Assembly (NCBI GenBank): GCA_964635475.1
Contig: CAZWPY010000002.1
Coordinates: 17,293-81,292, forward strand
Direction of reading: 5' to 3'
Origin: an uncultured Acidimicrobiia bacterium
GTDB lineage: Bacteria; Actinomycetota; Acidimicrobiia; Acidimicrobiales; CAZWPY01
Length of the DNA: 64,000 nt
A program made the position numbers and the translations under genes. The stretch's first letter is position 1; each line of letters begins with the position of its first letter. Below, in pieces: positions 56,590-64,000 of this stretch. The notes beneath the pieces are model-generated. The model ran no database searches. It was given only the letters and a program-made list of their open reading frames with translations, and was not told the DNA's origin.

Positions 56590-56982
56590 CTAAGCCCACA
56601 CGACCTCAACGTCGTACTCGCCGATCTGTCGGTCCCGGGTAACCAGGCGCGCTCCGAGACTTTGAGCTTGGGCAACCAGGACGCGATCGAAGGGATCGCG
56701 ATGGATCAAGGGCAACTCGGCGAGCGCGAGCGTGTGGGATATCTCAACCGGTAGGCCCGTGAGACTCAGATCGACCAAGGCCCGGCGCACAAAGCTCTCG
56801 GGGTCACCATCGAGTTGCAAACGTCCGAGCCCGTGCTTGATCACGATCTCCCACACCGAAGCGCTCGACAACAGGAGCGCCGCTCCCGGTTTGCTCACCT
56901 GAGCGAGCGCCTTGGCATCCAACAGTTCGGGTTCGGTGGCGAGCCAAATGAACGCGTGAGTATCGAGGAGCAGCGGCTTCAC
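56590..56982 (-). CDS. vapC: PIN-domain toxin VapC
   Basis: LLLDTHAFIW (Asp), SVWEIVIK (Glu) and HRDPFDRVLVAQA (Asp). 130 aa, with a 4-nt overlap with the upstream antitoxin. Confidence 0.88.
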   Translation of the reverse strand: MKPLLLDTHAFIWLATEPELLDAKALAQVSKPGAALLLSSASVWEIVIKHGLGRLQLDGDPESFVRRALVDLSLTGLPVEISHTLALAELPLIHRDPFDRVLVAQAQSLGARLVTRDRQIGEYDVEVVWA

Positions 56983-57272
56983 CCGCCGAGTGCCTCGCGC
57001 ATCTCAACAGGCAAGGGGTCATCGAAGTCCTGGGCGATCGTCGCCTGCCCGCGCAAAGTGCCAAACCTGCGTGTTGGGGCGTCGTCGGGTGCAACTAGGC
57101 GCGCGACGAGGACGCCGTTTCTTTCGATCTCGACGGCCTCACCCAACTCAACCAGCCGGATGAGCTCGCTAAGTCGAGTTTTGGCCTCATGAACCCCATA
57201 CCGACGGCCCTCACCGGACCCTGGGGGCCGTTGAAACGACTTAGCTGTCGACTTAGCTGTCGACTTAGTCAT
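56979..57272 (-). CDS. vapB: Phd/YefM-type antitoxin (VapB partner)
   Basis: YGVHEAKTRLSELIRLVELGEAVEIERNGVLVARLV. ATG 57272 is chosen; ATG 57302 is an alternative. The N-terminus has a KSTAKSTAKS repeat from the 12-bp repeat at 57238-57270. Confidence 0.8.
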   Translation of the reverse strand: MTKSTAKSTAKSFQRPPGSGEGRRYGVHEAKTRLSELIRLVELGEAVEIERNGVLVARLVAPDDAPTRRFGTLRGQATIAQDFDDPLPVEMREALGG

Positions 57273-57328
57273 AGCCAATGGTACTGCGCGGCGTCGAGCC
57301 ATCCGGCGGCGGCCGTTAGCGTCGGCGC

Positions 57329-58957
57329 GTGGAAGTTGGTCGGCGCGCATTTATCGCAGGTGCAATCGGGACGTTGGGGGCGGCCGCAGTCGGCTGTTCG
57401 TCGACCGACAAGCAGGACAAGTCGACCTCGGCGTCGGCCACCAGACGAAGTGATCGGTCGAGCCAACCGCGCGCGAGCGATGCGCGGCGGCGCCGAGTGT
57501 TGGTGATTGGCACCGGCTTCGGCGGCTCGGTCACCGCGCTGCGACTCGCGCAAGCGGGAGTCGACGTCACCCTGATCGAACGCGGGCAACGCTGGGCCAG
57601 CGGCCAATACGACACATTCCCGACGATGTACAACGCCGACAACCGAGTCTCGTGGCTGAGCGAGACCAACGCGGCCGCTGGAGTCCTACTGCCGAGCGCA
57701 CCGTGGAAGCCGTACACGGGCCTGATGGAGCGAATCAAGGGAACGGGGATCGACGTGGTGTGCGGCGCGGCTGTGGGCGGAGGAAGCCTCCCGTATCACG
57801 GGATGTCGGTGCAGCCTCGAGCCGATCTCTTCGCGCAAGTGATGCCCGCCGCGCTCGACTACGCAGAGTTCGATGCGCGCTGGTATCCGCTCGTTCGCAA
57901 GATGTTGGGCGCCTCGCCGATACCCGACGACATCTTGGCGTCCGAGCAGTACCTATCGAGCCGTCGATTTATCGAGTTCGTACGAGCCGCGGGGCTGCCC
58001 GAGGCCAAGGGCGTTCCCATGCCGATCGACTGGGACGTCGTGCGCCGGGAGATCCGCGGCGAGCTGAAACCGAGCATCTCGATCGGCGACGTGGTGTACG
58101 GCGTCAACGGGCCAGGCAAGAAGTCGCTCGACACGAACTACTTGCCCGCGGCCGAAGCGACAGGGAAGGTCGAGCTACTCCCGCTACACCGCGTCGACGC
58201 CATTGCCAAAAACGCCCAGGGTCGGTGGCTAATCTCCACCGAGCGACTCGACACCGACGGCGTCGTACAGGAAAGGGCCGACTGGGACGCTGACGCGGTG
58301 TTCTTGTGTGCCGGCTCGCCCAACACAACCAAACTGCTCGTGCGCGCAGCCGGGCGAGGTGACATCCCCGACCTTCCCGACGAGGTCGGAAAGTGGTGGT
58401 CGACCAACGGCGATCTGATCACTAGCCAGATCCTCTCGACCCCTATGGGGGCACTTCAGGGCGGCCCCGCCAACGTGGCCTCGTTCGACTGGGACAACCC
58501 AAACGGTCCGCTCACACTGATCTTTGCCGGGCTACCGATGCCGTTCGAGGCCAACATCATGGAAACCATCGGCATCTTCATCCCCGACGGACACGGCGAG
58601 TTCAGCTACGACGCGGCGACCGACAGCACGAAACTCGTCTTCCCCGCGTCCGCGCACGGCGCTGCAATGGCCGAGGCCCGCCGCCGAGTCGCCGAACTCG
58701 GACGAGTCGCCGGCGCGACACGCGCCGTCGACCAGACCGCTCAGGACCCGAGCACCTTTCACCCGCTCGGCGGCGCGGTGATCGACAAGGTGTGCGACGC
58801 CTTTGGCCGCGTCAAAGGGCACAAGGGCCTTTACGTGAACGACGGCGCTCTCATCCCCGGCTCAACGGCGTGCGCAAATCCCTCGCTCACCATCGCGGCG
58901 CTCGCCGAACGCAACATCGCCACCATCGTCGCGAACGACCTGGGTTCAGTTTTCTAA
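57329..58957 (+). CDS. GMC-family FAD oxidoreductase, cholesterol-oxidase-like, with a Tat/lipoprotein signal
   Basis: GTG start. Twin-arginine RRAFIAG followed by AAVGCSS, Rossmann VIGTGFGGSVTALRLAQAG, and C-terminal HPLGGAV...GLYVNDGALIPG. Confidence 0.8.
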   Translation: MEVGRRAFIAGAIGTLGAAAVGCSSTDKQDKSTSASATRRSDRSSQPRASDARRRRVLVIGTGFGGSVTALRLAQAGVDVTLIERGQRWASGQYDTFPTMYNADNRVSWLSETNAAAGVLLPSAPWKPYTGLMERIKGTGIDVVCGAAVGGGSLPYHGMSVQPRADLFAQVMPAALDYAEFDARWYPLVRKMLGASPIPDDILASEQYLSSRRFIEFVRAAGLPEAKGVPMPIDWDVVRREIRGELKPSISIGDVVYGVNGPGKKSLDTNYLPAAEATGKVELLPLHRVDAIAKNAQGRWLISTERLDTDGVVQERADWDADAVFLCAGSPNTTKLLVRAAGRGDIPDLPDEVGKWWSTNGDLITSQILSTPMGALQGGPANVASFDWDNPNGPLTLIFAGLPMPFEANIMETIGIFIPDGHGEFSYDAATDSTKLVFPASAHGAAMAEARRRVAELGRVAGATRAVDQTAQDPSTFHPLGGAVIDKVCDAFGRVKGHKGLYVNDGALIPGSTACANPSLTIAALAERNIATIVANDLGSVF

Positions 58958-59049
58958 CGCAGCGGCCGCAAGCCGCGCGTGGCCGATTGCTTTAACGAAC
59001 TCGCCCATGACAGCGCCAGCCGGTGTTGGCCCACCCGGTGGCTGGGAAT

Positions 59050-59069
59050 AGCGACGCGCTCGCGTCGCT
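59050..59069. terminator. palindromic hairpin in the convergent gap after rplA and the GMC oxidase
   Basis: agcgacgcg-ct-cgcgtcgct, 7 nt after the rplA stop. Confidence 0.4.
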
Positions 59070-59075
59070 GAAGGC

Positions 59076-59894
59076 CTACTCGGCGGCTTCGTCGTCCTCC
59101 GGACGCAGGCGTGTGATGTCGACCTTGACGCCGGGACCCTGCGACGATGCCACCGTCAACGCCCGCATGTAACGACCCTTGGCCGTAGCCGGCTTGGCGC
59201 GGTTGAGTTCGTCGAGCACAGCGCGAAAGTTGCCGAGCAGCGCCTCGGCCGAGAAGGACGCGCGGCCAACGGGCACGTGCACATTGCCGTGACGATCGGT
59301 GCGGTACTCCACCCGGCCAGCCTTGAACTCCGTGACCGCACGACCGACGTCGGTGGTCACTGTCCCGGTCTTGGGGTTGGGCATCAGTCCACGCGGACCA
59401 AGCACCTTGCCGAGTTTGCCGACCTGGGCCATCTGATCGGGAGTGGCGATAGCAATGTCGAAGTCGAGGAAGCCCCCCGCGACTCGCGTGACCAAATCGT
59501 CGGCCCCGACAACGTCGGCGCCCGCATCACGCGCCGCTTGGGCGGCGTCACCCGCAGCGAACACTGCGACACGCACGTCGCGACCGGTGCCGGCGGGCAA
59601 ACTCACCGTGCCACGCACGATCTGGTCGGCCTTGCGGGGATCGACCCCCAAACGCACGGAGATGGCGATTGTTTCGTCGAACTTGGCGGTGGCGAGTTCC
59701 TTCGACAGCGCCACGGCCTCGCTCGGCAAATAGAGCCGCTCGCGGTCGAGGCGATTGCGGCTCTGCTTACGGGCCTTGCTCTCGCGCCGACCCTTCGGCC
59801 GGCCGTTGGGCCGCAGACCGGAGCGAGTGCGCTCCTCCGCAGCCGGGGCTGCGGCGTCGGTCGATTCAGTGATCTCAGTGTCGTCGATCGTCAC
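59076..59894 (-). CDS. rplA: 50S ribosomal protein L1 (with an N-terminal extension of about 40 aa)
   Basis: GTG 59894 with a strong GAGGGAG SD. The core is [33 protein letters not shown]. Confidence 0.95.
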   Translation of the reverse strand: MTIDDTEITESTDAAAPAAEERTRSGLRPNGRPKGRRESKARKQSRNRLDRERLYLPSEAVALSKELATAKFDETIAISVRLGVDPRKADQIVRGTVSLPAGTGRDVRVAVFAAGDAAQAARDAGADVVGADDLVTRVAGGFLDFDIAIATPDQMAQVGKLGKVLGPRGLMPNPKTGTVTTDVGRAVTEFKAGRVEYRTDRHGNVHVPVGRASFSAEALLGNFRAVLDELNRAKPATAKGRYMRALTVASSQGPGVKVDITRLRPEDDEAAE

Positions 59895-59995
59895 GGTGTG
59901 ACTCCCTCATCTCGTACGACGGTCAGCGAGGTTGTCTGACACGAAGGCGCTCACACGAGCGCAGCGAAACTAAGCCGGCACAAGCCGGCCACAAC

Positions 59996-60421
59996 TCAGT
60001 GAACCTTGATCCCCATCGAACGGGCAGTGCCGGCGACTTGGCGCTTGGCCATTTCGAGGTCGTCGGTGTTGAGGTCGGGCAGCTTGGTTCTGGCGACGTC
60101 CTCGACCTGCGCCTCGGTGATCGTGGCCGCCGTCTCACGTCCGACCTTCGACGCGCCCTTCTCGATCCCGGCGATCTTGCGCAGCAACACCGGCGTCGGC
60201 GGGGTCTTGGTGACGAACGAGAACGAGCGGTCGGAGAAGATCGTGATCTCGGCAGGAATCACCAGGCCGCGCTGCGATTCGGTGGCAGCGTTGTACGCCT
60301 TACAAAAGTCCATGATGTTGATGCCGTGGGGGCCAAGAGCCGTACCCACCGGCGGCGCCGGGGTCGCGGCACCGGCCTGGATCTGGATCTTTACGACTGC
60401 GGTTACTTGGCGTTTGGCCAT
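59996..60421 (-). CDS. rplK: 50S ribosomal protein L11
   Basis: [36 protein letters not shown]. Confidence 0.98.
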   Translation of the reverse strand: MAKRQVTAVVKIQIQAGAATPAPPVGTALGPHGINIMDFCKAYNAATESQRGLVIPAEITIFSDRSFSFVTKTPPTPVLLRKIAGIEKGASKVGRETAATITEAQVEDVARTKLPDLNTDDLEMAKRQVAGTARSMGIKVH

Positions 60422-60501
60422 GGAAGTGGATTCCTTACGAGTGTTACGAAATGTTCAGCGACAGGGGCGGCTCACGTCGTCGGGCTGATGTGCCGGCCCG
60501 G

Positions 60502-60523
60502 CGCTCGCCTGCGATGGCGAGCG
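60502..60523 (-). terminator. hairpin directly after the nusG stop
   Basis: cgctcgcc-N6-ggcgagcg, 3 nt after the stop. Confidence 0.4.
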
Positions 60524-60526
60524 GGT

Positions 60527-61210
60527 TTAAAGCTTGGCCACCTGTGAGAAGTCGAGTTCGACCGGAGTTTCGCGGCCGAAGATATTCACGAGCACCTTGA
60601 GTTTCAGGTGGTCCTCGTTGATTTCAGCGATCATGCCGTCGAAATCGGCAAACGGGCCGTCTTTGACTCGGACGTTTTGGCCGACTTCGTAGTCGAGTTT
60701 CGCCTTCGGTCGCCGCGCCACGGCTGCGCCGGTGGCCTCGTCTTCGACCTCGACACGCAAGATGTTTTCGATCTCACGCCGCGACAACGGGTTGGGTTTG
60801 GCGCCGGATCCGACGAAGCCGGTGACACCGGGCGTGTTACGCACGACGAACCAGGAATCGTCGTTGAGTTCGAGCCGAACCAACACGTAACCCGGGAACA
60901 ACTTACGTTGCACGGTCACTCGTTTGTTGTTCTTGAACTCGACGACTTCCTCGGTCGGAATCACTACCTCGAAAATCCGGTCCTCCATGTTCATGGTCGA
61001 GATCCGGTGTTCGAGGTTCGACTTGACCTTGTTCTCGTAACCCGCGTAGCTGTGGATCACGTACCAGGCGCCTGGGCGGTCGTATGCGCTTTCGATCTTC
61101 GGGGCGACGGGCTCGTCGTCGAGCTCATCGACTCCGAGCAGTTCGTCCTCGCTCAGGGCCTCGCCCAGGTCGGCGGTGTCAGTGTCGGCGTAGTTGTCGT
61201 TCATCGTCAT
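60527..61210 (-). CDS. nusG: transcription termination/antitermination factor NusG
   Basis: [22 protein letters not shown]...[30 protein letters not shown], plus a C-terminal KOW domain. Confidence 0.97.
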   Translation of the reverse strand: MTMNDNYADTDTADLGEALSEDELLGVDELDDEPVAPKIESAYDRPGAWYVIHSYAGYENKVKSNLEHRISTMNMEDRIFEVVIPTEEVVEFKNNKRVTVQRKLFPGYVLVRLELNDDSWFVVRNTPGVTGFVGSGAKPNPLSRREIENILRVEVEDEATGAAVARRPKAKLDYEVGQNVRVKDGPFADFDGMIAEINEDHLKLKVLVNIFGRETPVELDFSQVAKL

Positions 61211-61217
61211 AAGGGGC

Positions 61218-61535
61218 TCAGATGTTGAACAGGTTCATCGACAGCTTGGAGAACAAGAAGTCGAGCCCGAAGATCAAGGAAGTGAGCACCACCAGCAGGG
61301 CGACCACCACGAGGAAGTAACGCGTGACGTCGGGCCGAGTCGGCCAGACGACTTTTTTCATTTCCGCTTGCACTTCGTCGATAAAACGTCGCAAACGTTG
61401 AATTACGTTGCCGCGGTCCTCGCTCGGCGCGGCCGGCGCGGGCTTGTTTGCAGGCGCGCCCGAACGCGGGGCCGGCGTACCGTCCTCGTTGAGGGCTCCT
61501 TGCTTCTCCAGCAACCGCCGGGTCTGTCGATTCAC
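61218..61535 (-). CDS. secE: preprotein translocase subunit SecE
   Basis: GTG start with a [42 protein letters not shown]. Confidence 0.92.
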   Translation of the reverse strand: MNRQTRRLLEKQGALNEDGTPAPRSGAPANKPAPAAPSEDRGNVIQRLRRFIDEVQAEMKKVVWPTRPDVTRYFLVVVALLVVLTSLIFGLDFLFSKLSMNLFNI

Positions 61536-61571
61536 TATTCAGCCTTCCGTTGGCCCTGTTCGGACCACGAG

Positions 61572-61644
61572 CAGGGCAGGAGGGACTCGAACCCCCAGCC
61601 TGCGGTTTTGGAGACCGCTGCTCTGCCAGTTGAGCTACTGCCCT
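61572..61644 (-). tRNA. trpT: tRNA-Trp (CCA)
   Basis: Folded by hand: acceptor agggcag/ctgccct, anticodon loop ctCCAaa, T-loop ttcgagt. 73 nt, with no encoded CCA end. Confidence 0.9.
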
Positions 61645-61774
61645 AGGGGTTGAACGAGGCTACCACCCACCCTTACGAACCCCTTGGTCGCGACTCTGGC
61701 AACGAGAGGAGCTGTGAAGGGTAAACGGGCGCCGTTCGATCCCACCCGCGACTCGCGGGTCGTGAGGATCGCGC

Positions 61775-61942
61775 TTAACGAGTCTCTTTGTGGACGGTGT
61801 GCTTGCGGTCCCAACGGCAGTACTTACGCAGCTCGATGCGCTCGCGGTCGTTGACCTTGTTTTTTGAGGTGATGTAGTTGCGGCGTTTGCACTCCTCGCA
61901 GGCGAGGGTCACATGCACACGCTTTTCTCCGGCCTTAGCCAT
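61775..61942 (-). CDS. rpmG: 50S ribosomal protein L33
   Basis: Below the ORF-track cutoff, so translated by hand: [55 protein letters not shown] (55 aa). Confidence 0.93.
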   Translation of the reverse strand: MAKAGEKRVHVTLACEECKRRNYITSKNKVNDRERIELRKYCRWDRKHTVHKETR

Positions 61943-62010
61943 TGTGGTGGTGCTTTCTGCTGTCTACGAACTTCTCGGTGCTAGGTCTGCCCTGAAGACC
62001 TGCGAGACGA

Positions 62011-63217
<1,207 letters not shown>

Positions 63218-63276
63218 TTTCCGAATTCCTGGGACTTCGATCGGCCGCCGAAACGGTCGTGGACTTGGACTATCAG

Positions 63277-63350
63277 TAGCGGCGGTCGGACTCGAACCGA
63301 CGACCCCTCGATTATGAGCCGAGTGCTCTCACCGACTGAGCTACGCCGCC
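63277..63350 (-). tRNA. metT: tRNA-Met (CAT), elongator type
   Basis: Acceptor ggcggcg/cgccgct (G1-U72), anticodon loop ctCATaa, T-arm gtcgg-ttcgagt-ccgac. The anticodon stem lacks the three G-C pairs of initiator tRNA. Confidence 0.85.
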
Positions 63351-63393
63351 ATTAGGACCGGCCGGATCGAGGATTCGAACCGACTCGGGACCG

Positions 63394-63466
63394 AGCCCCC
63401 TGTCGGAATCGAACCGACGACACCAGCCTTACCATGGCTGTGCTCTACCGACTGAGCTAAGGGGGC
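63394..63466 (-). tRNA. thrT: tRNA-Thr (GGT)
   Basis: Acceptor gccccct/agggggc, anticodon loop atGGTaa, T-arm gtcgg-ttcgatt-ccgac. Confidence 0.9.
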
Positions 63467-63546
63467 ACACGAGCCGTCAAGGTTAGCGCTTTTCAACAGG
63501 TGCTTTCTAGGGTCGCACTTCCCGAGCTTCGGTACCCTTGCCGACC

Positions 63547-64000
63547 GTGAGCGCCAGCACGCCGCAGCCGGCTGTACCCACGACGATCCGCACCGCAGAG
63601 ACCCGCGATGCCGACGCGATCGCCGCGATCTACAACCACTTTGTCGCGCACACGACCTCGACGTTTGACCTTGAGCCTCGCACTCGCGCGGAACAATTGG
63701 AGTGGCTCATGAGCCGCTCGGGGGCCTTCCCGGCCACAGTCGCCATCGACGAGGGCAACGTTGTGGGGTTCGGCTCGCTGTCGGAGTTTCGCCCGCGGCT
63801 CGCCTACCGGACTTCGGTAGAGAACTCGGTTTATGTGTCGCCCGACGCGCAAGGCCGCGGGATCGGTCGGCTGCTGCTCGCCGATCTCATCGAGCGCGCG
63901 ACGCTGCACGGATTCCACACGATGATCGCCCGCATCACGGGCGACAACGAGCCCTCGGTCAACCTGCACGCGCAGCTCGGCTTCGAAATCGTCGGCACCG
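63547..64000 (+). CDS. GNAT acetyltransferase, phosphinothricin/methionine-sulfoximine N-acetyltransferase-like; 3' end outside the window
   Basis: Hand translation from GTG 63547: ...IRTAETRDADAIAAIYNHFVAHTTSTFDLEPRT...VYVSPDAQGRGIGRLLLADLIERA...NEPSVNLHAQLGFEIVG. There is an in-frame stop at 63508. The listed minus ORF 63493..63969 is its antisense shadow. Confidence 0.75.
   Translation, partial: MSASTPQPAVPTTIRTAETRDADAIAAIYNHFVAHTTSTFDLEPRTRAEQLEWLMSRSGAFPATVAIDEGNVVGFGSLSEFRPRLAYRTSVENSVYVSPDAQGRGIGRLLLADLIERATLHGFHTMIARITGDNEPSVNLHAQLGFEIVGT

Noticed and set aside
59895-59995. Possible L1-binding regulatory site in the rplK-rplA spacer (hairpin gccggc-ttgt-gccggc).
   Set aside because: Only a short GC hairpin is visible, and I cannot match it to the L1 rRNA/mRNA binding consensus by eye. 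I left it unannotated.
63493-63969. 158-aa minus-strand ORF at the right edge.
   Set aside because: The plus strand here encodes a convincing GNAT (phosphinothricin-acetyltransferase-like) protein running off the window, so the minus ORF is its shadow.

Overview
This is a high-GC, actinobacterial-type chromosome segment. It is dominated by the translation/transcription super-cluster, which lies almost entirely on the minus strand. Read from 64000 down, the order is: tRNA-Thr, tRNA-Met, tuf (copy 2), rpmG, tRNA-Trp, secE, nusG, rplK-rplA, rplJ-rplL, rpoB-rpoC, rpsL-rpsG-fusA-tuf (copy 1). It continues with the S10/spc/alpha r-protein operons (rpsJ through rplQ, including secY, adk, infA, rpmJ, rpoA), then truA, rplM-rpsI, glmM, glmS, acpS, nnr, alr, tsaE-tsaB-rimI-tsaD, and groES-groEL with a perfect CIRCE operator. 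This backbone is interrupted by small accessory insertions. (1) Two orphan ORFs sit between rpoC and rpsL. (2) vapBC plus a Tat-lipoprotein GMC oxidase sit between the L10 and L1 operons. (3) A plus-strand NOX-like ferric-reductase pair sits between adk and infA, where map is absent. (4) An alpha/beta-hydrolase-adenylate cyclase fusion, a small hypothetical and an aldehyde dehydrogenase sit between rplQ and truA. (5) A UDG and two hydrolases sit between alr and tsaE. Three further oddities stand out: two 100% identical tuf copies 20.7 kb apart, a 313-nt hairpin-rich rpsJ-rplC spacer combined with a 5-nt tuf-rpsJ junction, and several in-frame tandem repeats. I see no CRISPR array, transposase or integrase. 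The best candidate for something undescribed is the rpoC-rpsL two-gene cassette, but its function cannot be established from sequence alone. All family calls rest on motif recognition by eye, without database searches.
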